DNA of 64,000 nt from Minisyncoccota bacterium (lineage in GTDB: Bacteria > Patescibacteriota > Minisyncoccia > Phycocordibacterales > JBAZVT01), in assembly GCA_041660745.1 (NCBI GenBank), contig JBAZVT010000002.1, forward strand, positions 15,210-79,209. The letters are read 5' to 3'. Shown here in pieces: positions 1 through 10,889 of the stretch. Positions within the stretch are counted from its first letter, which is position 1; every line of letters begins with the position of its first letter. The notes beneath the pieces are model-generated. The model ran no database searches, had not been told where the DNA came from, and worked only from the letters and a program-made list of their open reading frames with translations. The translations under genes and the position numbers were made by a program.

Positions 1-228
1 TTCAAGTCTGAAGTATCAAGTCTCGTTCCTTCGTTTATTATTGCTTGTGATGCTGGAACCGGTGCTTCAACTCCAGTTGTTGCTTCAACAACAAATGTCG
101 CGGATATTGCCGCTACATCTTGTGCTGCTGACGGATCATTTGCTGTAGTTGCAACCTCAAAAAAGGTATCAACATGTACAGCAACACTTACAGCAACAGG
201 AACATTGTTTTCTACTGATTGTGAATAG
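1..228 (+). CDS. C-terminal part of a type IV pilin-like protein (truncated by window start)
   Basis: Frame 1 is open to TAG at 226-228 (FKSEVSSLVPSFIIACDAG...FSTDCE). It resembles the post-helix region of the next pilin (GGLLPSLIICLDE), has C-terminal Cys residues and is followed by a terminator. Confidence 0.7.
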   Translation, partial: FKSEVSSLVPSFIIACDAGTGASTPVVASTTNVADIAATSCAADGSFAVVATSKKVSTCTATLTATGTLFSTDCE

Positions 229-244
229 TTAATCCCGTTAACTA

Positions 245-286
245 ATGCAAACAAAAACTGCCTAAAAGGGCAGTTTTTGTTTGCAT
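245..286 (+). terminator. Intrinsic terminator hairpin
   Basis: ATGCAAACAAAAACTGCC-loop-GGCAGTTTTTGTTTGCAT inverted repeat after the stop codon. Confidence 0.75.
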
Positions 287-396
287 ATCCATCTTATGCG
301 TAGGTCTTTGGTTATCCCCAGCATGTTTTTTTTCTTTCTGGTATAATATGGGGTATTAGAATCCATTAGGATTTATTTATTAATATTTAAAAACAT

Positions 397-816
397 ATGA
401 ATAGAAACAAAGGTTTTACACTTATCGAACTTCTCGTCGTTATCGCAATTATTGGTATTTTGTCATCAGTTGTTTTGTCTTCTTTGAGTACTGCACGTAC
501 CAAGGCACAGCTTGCTGCTGCACAGTCAACCGTGGGAGGGCTTCTTCCAAGTTTAATAATCTGTCTGGATGAAACCACAGCTTTTACAGCCCCTGTTGCT
601 GCGACAGCCGACGGAAAAGGGACGGGAAATGCAACTGGTGTTGTGTGTGGTGCTGGAACTCCATATCCAAAATTACCTAACGGTTGGTTGTATAGAAGTG
701 CTACTATGGATAAGCCTACGGGTGTAATTAGTCTGGTGGTTTCGAATGGAACGACCGCTAATACTAGTGATAAAATAACTTGTGATCAGAATTCTTGTGT
801 AACCGGAAAATATTAA
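397..816 (+). CDS. Type IV pilin (class III signal peptide)
   Basis: KG|FTLIELLVVIAIIGIL N-methylation motif, hydrophobic helix, C-terminal Cys pair. Confidence 0.92.
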   Translation: MNRNKGFTLIELLVVIAIIGILSSVVLSSLSTARTKAQLAAAQSTVGGLLPSLIICLDETTAFTAPVAATADGKGTGNATGVVCGAGTPYPKLPNGWLYRSATMDKPTGVISLVVSNGTTANTSDKITCDQNSCVTGKY

Positions 817-847
817 TTAGTAAAAGTTAATATCTCTTCTATTTCTT

Positions 848-881
848 AAAAAACACCAAGCTAAAAGGCTTGGTGTTTTTT
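848..881 (+). terminator. Intrinsic terminator
   Basis: AAAAAACACCAAGC-loop-GCTTGGTGTTTTTT. Confidence 0.75.
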
Positions 882-986
882 AATTTCCACTCCTATTATT
901 AGAGGGATGTTGTTAATGGTATGTGTGCGGGACTTTATTAAAAAGGAGTTATTCCTAGTCATTTGGAAGAGGGGAATATATAATAT

Positions 987-1826
987 ATGCATATGGATAT
1001 TTCTTTTGGAATTTTCTTTTTCATATTAGGGATAGTTGTAGGCAGCTTTTTAAATGTTGTGGTTCTCCGTTACCGCTCTGGACTGAAGGCTACTCAGGGA
1101 AGGTCTATTTGTTTTACCTGTGGTAAAACACTTCACTGGTACGAGCTTATCCCCGTAGTCAGCTTTTTCATTCAAGGTGCACGCTGTCGTGGATGTAAGA
1201 GTCGTATTTCTTGGCAGTATCCTCTTGTTGAACTTCTTACTGGTGTTATTTTTACCCTTGTCTATTTCAAAGAGGGACTCACAATAATTCTTCCACTACA
1301 GCTCATCCTCTGGTGTGTGCTTATTGCAATACTTGTCTATGATATGAAGCATATGATTATCCCTGATGCCATGGTAATTATTTTTACCATTCTTGCATTT
1401 ATGATACTTGCACTCGAGGCTTCCACTATCGGTGGTGGAGTAGAAATGGTCGATGTGTTCGCAGGAGTGTTTCTCTTTATCCCATTTTATGCACTGTGGT
1501 TTTTCTCATATGGGAAATGGATTGGACTCGGTGATGGAAAACTCGCCATTGGTATCGGTACGCTGCTTGGTATTTCTGGAGGAGTATCGGCGGTAATGTT
1601 GGCGTTTTGGATTGGGGCAATAGTCAGCGTCTTTTTGCTTATTCTTGATCGAGTTTTGAAACATGGGCCGGTTCGAAGAATACTCAGTAGATTCTTCCCT
1701 AGGGGTTTGAATATAAAAAGCGAAATTCCTTTCGCGCCGTTTCTGATTGCAGGCACATTCCTTGCGTATTTCTATTCTATTACCTTCACCACATTGAGTG
1801 TTTCATTGTTTTCACTACATTTGTAA
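987..1826 (+). CDS. pilD: Prepilin peptidase / N-methyltransferase (A24 family)
   Basis: GSFLNVV, RSICxxC...WYELIPVVSF...CRGC Zn motif, GLGDGKL catalytic Asp, IPFAPFL; multiple TM segments. Confidence 0.93.
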   Translation: MHMDISFGIFFFILGIVVGSFLNVVVLRYRSGLKATQGRSICFTCGKTLHWYELIPVVSFFIQGARCRGCKSRISWQYPLVELLTGVIFTLVYFKEGLTIILPLQLILWCVLIAILVYDMKHMIIPDAMVIIFTILAFMILALEASTIGGGVEMVDVFAGVFLFIPFYALWFFSYGKWIGLGDGKLAIGIGTLLGISGGVSAVMLAFWIGAIVSVFLLILDRVLKHGPVRRILSRFFPRGLNIKSEIPFAPFLIAGTFLAYFYSITFTTLSVSLFSLHL

Positions 1827-1831
1827 CATAC

Positions 1832-2581
1832 ATGTATATGGTTAAAATTTTTTCAAAAAAAAGGGGGTTACTTACAAAAGGGTTTACCCATGCACTAATT
1901 TTGGCATCGTGTTTATATTGCTTTCTCAAAAAAGTGATAAATAAAGTATTTTCTCTACATGATGTCTTGTGCATTAAATTTTTTAAAAAACACAAAGCAA
2001 TAATGCCAAAGTTGGTGTCGGGGTTCACGCTTGTGGAGATGCTTATTGCGATCGGTATTATTACGGCATTAAGCGGGGTTGTTTTGTTTAACTACGGCTC
2101 TTTTAATTCTAGTCTGGCTCTTACAAACCTCGCATATGATATTGCGTTGACTGTCCGCCAGGCAGAGTATTATGGTATCGGCTCAAAGAGTTCTGAAGGA
2201 GATTTTACAACAGGGTATGGTGTTCATTTTGATACAGTACAGAATACAACATATAATATTTTCAGTGTCTTGAAAGAGGAGACGAGTTATGCATTTCTAG
2301 ATCCAAATCAAGTGGTTCAGATTTTTGACTTGAATAATGGAAATTATATTTCTAGTATACACAAAATTAATCCTTGTGAGCCGGTTTCTGGGAATGTGGA
2401 TGTTGTATTTTTCCGACCATTGCCGAAGGTTTATTTCTCGTATGGAGGTACGACAGAGCTTTCCAATGGTATAGTTGTCGAAATAAAATCTACGCGTGCA
2501 GATGATAAAAAAATGTATGTTAAGATATTATCATCAGGGCAGATCGGGGTGAGTAAGACGTCTGAATGTTACCCGTCATAA
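1832..2581 (+). CDS. Minor pilin/pseudopilin with a 47-codon palindromic insertion in its leader
   Basis: SG|FTLVEMLIAIGII motif at codon 64 and a first KGFT at codons 16-19. The start could be 1832, 1838 or 2003. Confidence 0.85.
   Translation: MYMVKIFSKKRGLLTKGFTHALILASCLYCFLKKVINKVFSLHDVLCIKFFKKHKAIMPKLVSGFTLVEMLIAIGIITALSGVVLFNYGSFNSSLALTNLAYDIALTVRQAEYYGIGSKSSEGDFTTGYGVHFDTVQNTTYNIFSVLKEETSYAFLDPNQVVQIFDLNNGNYISSIHKINPCEPVSGNVDVVFFRPLPKVYFSYGGTTELSNGIVVEIKSTRADDKKMYVKILSSGQIGVSKTSECYPS
1880..2029. repeat. In-frame imperfect palindromic insertion flanked by GGGTT(T/C)AC direct repeats
   Basis: Left arm GTTTACCCATGCACTAATTTTGGCAT...ATTGCTTT pairs with right arm AAAGCAAT-AATGCCAAAGTTGGTGTCGGGGTTCAC. 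The direct repeats are 141 bp apart. Confidence 0.75.
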
Positions 2582-2586
2582 AAAAC

Positions 2587-3102
2587 ATGAATACTACTAA
2601 TACAAAAAAGGGCTTCACGTTGATAGAACTTATGGTTGCCGTATCTATTTTTGCTATGGTTATGACGTTGGCAACCGGAGCAACTCTTTCAATTATTTCT
2701 CAAAATAGGCATGCTCGCGCAATGCAAGCAGTGATGATGAATCTTAATTATGCTCTGGAAACCATGGCAAGAAATATACGATATGGTAGTGGCTATAACT
2801 TGATGCCTGACGGGTCCCTGTCTTTTATATCAAAGATGTCTGACGGCGAACCAACCGCATATCGTTTAGGAGATCCAGATCTAGGTGAAAATGATGAAGT
2901 TATTTATCTCGAAGTTAATGGGCTAGCGACAGAGCTCACATCTCCACAAGAGGTAATAATTGATGATTTCTCTTTTGACATTACGGGCGATACAAGAAAA
3001 TTTATTTCTATTTTTATAGGGGGCTCTGCGAAGATTGATGGCGGGAATACGGTCCCGTTTACTCTACAGACTGCGGTTTCCTCAAGATCAGTTGAATTAT
3101 GA
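2587..3102 (+). CDS. Minor pilin/pseudopilin (PilW/PulJ-like)
   Basis: KKG|FTLIELMVAVSIF motif. Confidence 0.88.
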   Translation: MNTTNTKKGFTLIELMVAVSIFAMVMTLATGATLSIISQNRHARAMQAVMMNLNYALETMARNIRYGSGYNLMPDGSLSFISKMSDGEPTAYRLGDPDLGENDEVIYLEVNGLATELTSPQEVIIDDFSFDITGDTRKFISIFIGGSAKIDGGNTVPFTLQTAVSSRSVEL

Positions 3103-3680
3103 TTGCACTTATGAAAAAGATTTTGAAAAAAGAAAATTTAAAAAAGACGAAATCTGGATTTGCACTTATAGAGTCGCTGGTCGCCATTCTTATTTTGTCG
3201 ATCATAACCACATCCGCTTTTTCTGCAATTGCAAGCAGTATAGGATCCATTAATGATGTGCGTGACGAACTGGTTGCATACCAATTAGCAAATGAATCGT
3301 ATGAGATGCTTCATTTTGCGAAGGATACAGCTTATGACGATTGGTCACTAAGCCCCACTGAAAATCCTCCAGAATGGCCTTTGTCAGGATTTGGTGCTGG
3401 TGAATGTGATTCGGGAGGTGACAGGTGTATTGTTAGGATTGTTGGGTCTACTGTAGAAGTTATTACATCGATACCAAACGTTTCTTTATATAATACATCC
3501 GAGGGTAGATTTGTGGATTCAGGAGTAACTGTTCCTGGTGACAAGATATCAAAATTTTCTCGATGGATTACAATTGAGAATACGAGTGATTTATTCTCCA
3601 AAAATATTGCAGTACATGTTCGATGGGAGAGTAAGGGTAGAACAAGAAACGTTGCGATTAATGGTTTGTTGTATAAATAA
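3099..3680 (+). CDS. Minor pilin/pseudopilin (PilV/PulI-like)
   Basis: SG|FALIESLVAILIL motif; overlaps the previous stop (ATGA). Confidence 0.85.
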   Translation: MIALMKKILKKENLKKTKSGFALIESLVAILILSIITTSAFSAIASSIGSINDVRDELVAYQLANESYEMLHFAKDTAYDDWSLSPTENPPEWPLSGFGAGECDSGGDRCIVRIVGSTVEVITSIPNVSLYNTSEGRFVDSGVTVPGDKISKFSRWITIENTSDLFSKNIAVHVRWESKGRTRNVAINGLLYK

Positions 3681-3684
3681 TTAT

Positions 3685-4233
3685 ATGAGAGAAAAGATTC
3701 ACCGCTCACAGGGGGTTACATTATTTATAGCAGTACTTGTTGTTTCCATGCTTTCTTTGGCATCGCTTTCAATATCAAACATTGCCTTGAAACAAGTACT
3801 TATTGGTGGTTCTGTAAAATCTTCCCAAAAAGCCTATGTTGCGGCAGATAGTGGGATGGAATGTGCGTTGTATTGGGATACTCATAACTATGACAATGAA
3901 GGAAGTCTGTTTAATCATACATATTCTCCCGAAACTTTTACTTGTGGCACTGGAGTAGTGAATGATTTGGGGCAAGTAGATGATGGGGGATATGATGGTG
4001 TTTTTGATTGTGTTAATAGTACTACCGGAGAGCCTTACGATGATGGTTTGCTAACTTCAGAATTTGAAGTTGATTACGATTTGCTTGCTTGTTCAATTGT
4101 TTCTATTAAGAAAACTTGTGATGGTGATAAAGTAAACACTGTAGTCAGTGCTCGTGGGTACAACGTTGGTTGTGCTTCTGAAAATTTTGATTCTAATCGC
4201 GTTGTGGAGCGTGCGATTCAGGCAGTGTACTAG
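3685..4233 (+). CDS. PilX/PulK-like minor pilin
   Basis: QG|VTLFIAVLVV leader lacking Glu5, AYVAADSGMECALY motif, C-terminal RVVERAIQAVY. Start moved to ATG 3685. Confidence 0.8.
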   Translation: MREKIHRSQGVTLFIAVLVVSMLSLASLSISNIALKQVLIGGSVKSSQKAYVAADSGMECALYWDTHNYDNEGSLFNHTYSPETFTCGTGVVNDLGQVDDGGYDGVFDCVNSTTGEPYDDGLLTSEFEVDYDLLACSIVSIKKTCDGDKVNTVVSARGYNVGCASENFDSNRVVERAIQAVY

Positions 4234-4345
4234 GTTTTATAGTGATTCTTTTTGGCGGGGATTAGAAAAGTTATCAACACATGCTCTGGTATGAGTGTGG
4301 TATTATTATACTAACTTTAAAAGTCATATATTAACGATCTTTTTT

Positions 4346-5620
4346 ATGAGGCATTATAAAAATATACTCGGTATTGGTTTGGGAGTTATCAGTATCATTG
4401 GTATTTTATTGTTTGTTATAACATTCCAAACAATGACACTGAAATCAGTACCAGAAGCTCTTGCCGTGACTGGTCCTGGAAGGGCTCTAACAGGGACAAT
4501 TTGGTCTAGTAATGTCGGTTGGGTGAGTCTTAATTGTATTAGTGCAAATGGAGACGAAAGTGCTTGTAGTCCTACGCGGTACGGAGTTTTTTTTGATGAA
4601 GCAACCAAAACTTTTTCCGGTGCCGCATGGTCTAATAATGTTGGTTGGATAACTTTTAATGCTGCAAACGTTTTGAATTGTGCCAATCCAGATACTGCTA
4701 GTGTTGTTTCCACTTCTGGTCAAGCAGCGCAGATACGAGCTGATAACCGTCTTGTTGGCTGGGCAAGAGTTTATTCTGAGATTGGAAGAAGCGATGGTTG
4801 GAATGGTTGTATAGATCTTTCAGGTACTACAAAAGGTACCGCATCTTCGTATGTTCCCGCAACGGGTGTTATAAGTTCGGGGAGTGTGTGGGGTTCAGAG
4901 GTTTTTGGGTGGGGACAGCTTCAAAGTGTGAAAGTGAACAGTGCGGTAACGTTTTCCTGTACAGGTGCTAGACCTCTAAATACTCTCGTGTGCGCAAATG
5001 ATGAATCAGGTCTTACCGCAAACACCACCTGGACCTCACGATCGGGAAGTTCGGGATGCACCACTGCTCTAAAATGTGAATATTATCCAGATCCTAATTA
5101 TCACGATCCAGCCACGAAATGTACTCAAGGTGAATTTAATACTTTAGGATCTGATGCGGTGATGTGTGGTGCTGTTAATAGTACAAATCATTCGGGTAAT
5201 TGGTATAACTTAGGAGAATTTTCCTCTCCATCTGAACCAACTTCTTGTGGTGGCTGTGAATATTACACAAGGGACACTGGCGGGGGTGAGGGAGAAGAAG
5301 ATGAAGAAGTTTCTTGTTCTTTGACGGTTACAGGAACTATCGGGGGTGTTCCTGCTGCTCCGGTTGGTGCTCCTGTGACGTGGACTGTGACTGATAGTGA
5401 CGGCGCTATAATCACTGGAAAGACAGTTTATTCATCGGCATCGGCAACATCTGCATCGTGGGGAATTTCAAATAGTGCTGGGAAAATTATAAAACCATAT
5501 TCTACAGTGGGGTACAAAAAACTTTACATAGATGATATTACTGGTGATGGAGTGAGAAACCAGTGTGGAACAGATCAGGTTTTAATTACCAATAACCCAA
5601 GCGATATTCGTGAGAATTAA
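4346..5620 (+). CDS. Membrane-anchored Cys-rich surface protein
   Basis: N-terminal TM helix; repeated WSxNVGWxxxN motifs; many Cys pairs; Ig/PKD-like C-terminus. Confidence 0.75.
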   Translation: MRHYKNILGIGLGVISIIGILLFVITFQTMTLKSVPEALAVTGPGRALTGTIWSSNVGWVSLNCISANGDESACSPTRYGVFFDEATKTFSGAAWSNNVGWITFNAANVLNCANPDTASVVSTSGQAAQIRADNRLVGWARVYSEIGRSDGWNGCIDLSGTTKGTASSYVPATGVISSGSVWGSEVFGWGQLQSVKVNSAVTFSCTGARPLNTLVCANDESGLTANTTWTSRSGSSGCTTALKCEYYPDPNYHDPATKCTQGEFNTLGSDAVMCGAVNSTNHSGNWYNLGEFSSPSEPTSCGGCEYYTRDTGGGEGEEDEEVSCSLTVTGTIGGVPAAPVGAPVTWTVTDSDGAIITGKTVYSSASATSASWGISNSAGKIIKPYSTVGYKKLYIDDITGDGVRNQCGTDQVLITNNPSDIREN

Positions 5621-5638
5621 TAGCTAATTATCATAATC

Positions 5639-5974
5639 ATGGATCCATTACAACAACCTGAAGTAGATCTACAATTTAAGAACACTTCATCAAATTCAAG
5701 AAAATGGGCGTATGCGGCTGGTGTGATTGTTTTACTTATGCTTGCGGGGTTCTTCGCACAGAAATATTACTTTGCGTCATGGAGAAACGTACCTGCAGAA
5801 CCTGTACAAAAAAGATTACTAAGTGATGTAGAGCGTGCAGAGATTCAAAAACAACTCGCCCCAACAACCCAGCTATCGGTGGAAGAGCGAAATAAAATCC
5901 AGAAAGAACTTGCACCGACAGCAAGTTTGACGGATGCAGAACGAATAGAGATTCAAAACCAGCTCAAACCTTAA
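5639..5974 (+). CDS. Small membrane protein with three 18-aa helical repeats
   Basis: One TM, then LSDVERAEIQKQLAP / LSVEERNKIQKELAP / LTDAERIEIQNQLKP. Confidence 0.75.
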   Translation: MDPLQQPEVDLQFKNTSSNSRKWAYAAGVIVLLMLAGFFAQKYYFASWRNVPAEPVQKRLLSDVERAEIQKQLAPTTQLSVEERNKIQKELAPTASLTDAERIEIQNQLKP

Positions 5975-5992
5975 TAATTAAAAGTTTACTCG

Positions 5993-6841
5993 ATGAAACA
6001 AAAATTACTCGAAACTATAAAAATTCTCACCATTGCTATCCTTGCTCTCGCTGGCGTCGCCTATGCAGGCCCATGGACTGGACCAACACAATCATTTCCA
6101 AACGGTAATGTTGGTGCTCCCATAAATGTGGGCAGTAGTAGTCAAACAAAGACAGGTGCATTCTGGTCACAGGCATCTTTAGGGACCGATGGAAGTGGTT
6201 CTTTTAATGGTGGGGGTGTTTATATAAATCGAAATGCAGCAGATCCTTTTATTGTATTTAAGAGGAATGCTGCTAATGCTGGACAGATTCGGGGAGGTAG
6301 TGACGGTTTACTTGTAACAAATGCAGATGCATCGAAGACTTTGTTAAAGGTTAAGTATGCTGGAGATGAGGTTTCGACTAACGGTGATGTTCGGGTTAAT
6401 GGAGGTGACGTGTATATGGGTAACGGAAATAGTCATTACTATGGTGATGCGAATAATCTTGCTGCTCGCATGAGTGGATCCTTTCATGTCCAAGGTGCTG
6501 ATGGTACTGGGAGTAAAGATGTCTATGCGAACGATTACTATATTGGAAAGACGGGTAAGTGGGCAAGTGAGTCAGCAGGAGGAGGGCTTACGGTCGGGCA
6601 GAGTTATGGGGTTGCTTTGCATAGTGCGGATGATGCCGAAAAAATAGTTTCTATGGGAAGTAGTCATAAATTTTGTGCTCTTACATATACAAACACCTAT
6701 TCATATCAAGAGTCAAGGGGTGTGTGTGAGATATATAAAGAGGGGACTGAGTGGAAACTGAGAGCTATCTGGCAAACTACAAAAGCTACAAGCAATCCCA
6801 GTAATGGTGTGGTTGGTTGTACAGCGGCATGTTTGGATTAA
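5993..6841 (+). CDS. Secreted fibre/adhesin-like protein, paralog 1
   Basis: Signal peptide ending AYA; WTGP...NGNVGAPINVG...QTK module; Cys-rich C-terminus (HKFCAL...C...W...CxAxC). Confidence 0.75.
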   Translation: MKQKLLETIKILTIAILALAGVAYAGPWTGPTQSFPNGNVGAPINVGSSSQTKTGAFWSQASLGTDGSGSFNGGGVYINRNAADPFIVFKRNAANAGQIRGGSDGLLVTNADASKTLLKVKYAGDEVSTNGDVRVNGGDVYMGNGNSHYYGDANNLAARMSGSFHVQGADGTGSKDVYANDYYIGKTGKWASESAGGGLTVGQSYGVALHSADDAEKIVSMGSSHKFCALTYTNTYSYQESRGVCEIYKEGTEWKLRAIWQTTKATSNPSNGVVGCTAACLD

Positions 6842-6938
6842 GTTATTATTACTTTTTGAAAAGGTTAATGTGGAAGAAGGGACCTTTGAAGTGGTTTGGG
6901 TGTAGAATTACTGGTGTATGTAAAATTAATTTTATTAT

Positions 6939-7655
6939 ATGAAACAAAAATTACTCGAAACTATAAAAATTCTCACCATCGCCATTCTTGCTCTCGCTGG
7001 CGTCGCCTATGCAGGTCCATGGATTGGACCAGCACAAACATTTCCAAACGGTAATGTTGGTGCGCCCATAAATGTGGGTAGTAGTAGTCAAACAAAGACA
7101 GGTGCATTCTGGTCACAAACATCTCTTGGGTCTGATGGCGGAGCTTATTTTGGTGGAAGTAGCGTTAAATTACGCAGGGCTACAGCGGGTCCTGTAGAAT
7201 ACGTTCTATATAATGGAGGAGGGCAGGCGGAATGGAGCTTGCGTCAGTCTGCGGCAACGGATCCTACTTTCCGGCTTTCGCGTTTTATTTCGGGCACATA
7301 TACTGACGCGCTTACTGTTGATACAAGTGACACTGTGCGTGTGGTAAATAAATTACGAGCGAAGAAACTTCGTATTGATGGTGATGCCGATCCTGTTATA
7401 GGACAAGTTTTGACAGCGGTTGATGCAAATGGAAATGCTCAGTGGCGACCACAAACATTTGGCGGTCTTTATATGAAAGCTGGAGATTCAAATACATGCC
7501 GATATTCAAACCCTCTGACTGGGGCATGTAGCTGTCCTTCTGGTTATGCTGAATATCAATTTTGGGAATGGGTAAATGGGGTTGGGGATGCTTACGGTAG
7601 TCCTGCAGGGTTTAATAATAACGTCGTAATGTTTCAGTGTATTTGGAAGCCCTAA
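6939..7655 (+). CDS. Secreted fibre/adhesin-like protein, paralog 2
   Basis: First ~66 codons nearly identical to paralog 1; C-terminal CRYSNPLTGACSCPSGY motif. Confidence 0.75.
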   Translation: MKQKLLETIKILTIAILALAGVAYAGPWIGPAQTFPNGNVGAPINVGSSSQTKTGAFWSQTSLGSDGGAYFGGSSVKLRRATAGPVEYVLYNGGGQAEWSLRQSAATDPTFRLSRFISGTYTDALTVDTSDTVRVVNKLRAKKLRIDGDADPVIGQVLTAVDANGNAQWRPQTFGGLYMKAGDSNTCRYSNPLTGACSCPSGYAEYQFWEWVNGVGDAYGSPAGFNNNVVMFQCIWKP

Positions 7656-7720
7656 TTTTTCAAATATTCTTTTGAAGCAAAAGTAAATTTATTAGAATTC
7701 AAAATAAAATAAAGGTAACC

Positions 7721-8491
7721 ATGTTTAAGAATAAATTGAAAGATATGCTAAAAATTATTGTGGCGGTGATCCTTCTTTCTGCTGGCCTCGCTTATGCAGG
7801 CCCCTGGACTGGACCAACACAAACATTTCCAAATGGTAATGCTGATGCGCCCATAAATGTGGGCAGTAGTAATCAAACGAAACTTGGGGCAATTGGAGCG
7901 ACGAATTTTATTACTGCTAAGGCTAGTGTTAACAATGATGGTAGTGCATCATTTGCAGTGGGAAAGATAACTATTGGATCAGACGGTGCTTTGAGTATAA
8001 AAAACAGTTCAAATGTTCAAACAGCAAGAATCGGCCCCGCCGGAGTGGGTACTTTTTCTTCTCTTAAGGTTACAGGGGGTTCTCCTGTTGCGGGTCAGGT
8101 TCTTGGTGCGAAAGATGGAGAGGGTAATTTGGAGTGGAAAAATATCTCTTCCCCCACAACTTCTTCCGGAGTCTCAAAAATAATTGCGGGAACCAACGTT
8201 ACAATTAGTCCTACAAGTGGTGTTGGAAATGTAACTATAAATTCAAACGCATCTTCTCCATCTCCATCGGTGGTTAGATATGAGAATTTAAAACATGGTA
8301 GTCAAAAAGATATTGGCAATCATACCTTTTGCGCCTTAAGCGTAGCGCGTTCTATTGAGTACGAGACACGTATTGCATATGGTTTTTCTTGCGAGGTTTA
8401 TAAGAGTGGTAGTTCGTGGATTTTGAAAAATGAAACAACAGCTGGTGCTCAGGAGGGAGTAATGTGTGCCGCCTACTGTATGGATTTTTGA
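7721..8491 (+). CDS. Secreted fibre/adhesin-like protein, paralog 3
   Basis: Same N-terminal module; GQVL...GNLEW and IIAGTNVTISP fibre-like segments; HTFCALS...CAAYC C-terminus. Confidence 0.75.
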   Translation: MFKNKLKDMLKIIVAVILLSAGLAYAGPWTGPTQTFPNGNADAPINVGSSNQTKLGAIGATNFITAKASVNNDGSASFAVGKITIGSDGALSIKNSSNVQTARIGPAGVGTFSSLKVTGGSPVAGQVLGAKDGEGNLEWKNISSPTTSSGVSKIIAGTNVTISPTSGVGNVTINSNASSPSPSVVRYENLKHGSQKDIGNHTFCALSVARSIEYETRIAYGFSCEVYKSGSSWILKNETTAGAQEGVMCAAYCMDF

Positions 8492-8518
8492 TTTAAAAAT
8501 CGCTTCATCGAAAGATGA

Positions 8519-10573
<2,055 letters not shown>

Positions 10574-10592
10574 ATGCTAGTATAATCTTCAT

Positions 10593-10880
10593 ATGATAGA
10601 TATCAAAGATATTGAAAAGCTTGCAGAATTAAGTCGTATAAAGCTTACTGATGAAGAAAAACAGAAATTCGGCACAGAAATCGAATCTATTTTGGCGTAT
10701 GTTAATCAGATTCAAGAGGTGGCAGGTGCTACAGCTTCAGAACAACCTGTTGTGGGAGAGGTGAGAAACGTAATGCGCCCCGATACTAATTCAAACGAAA
10801 GTGGTGCTAATACAGAAATGATTCTTGCAGAAGCTCCAGCTCGGGAAGGTGATTTGCTTAAGGTTAAGAAAATACTTTAA
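10593..10880 (+). CDS. gatC: Asp/Glu-tRNA amidotransferase subunit C
   Basis: IEKLAELSRI...ILAYVNQI...NVMRPD...KVKKIL; directly upstream of gatA. Confidence 0.92.
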   Translation: MIDIKDIEKLAELSRIKLTDEEKQKFGTEIESILAYVNQIQEVAGATASEQPVVGEVRNVMRPDTNSNESGANTEMILAEAPAREGDLLKVKKIL

Positions 10881-10889
10881 TTAGCTTCT

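Noticed and set aside
5993-8491. True shufflon or diversity-generating retroelement
   Set aside because: No inverted cassettes, sfx-like sites, recombinase or reverse transcriptase. Paralog differences are not adenine-specific and the shared part is the 5' end.
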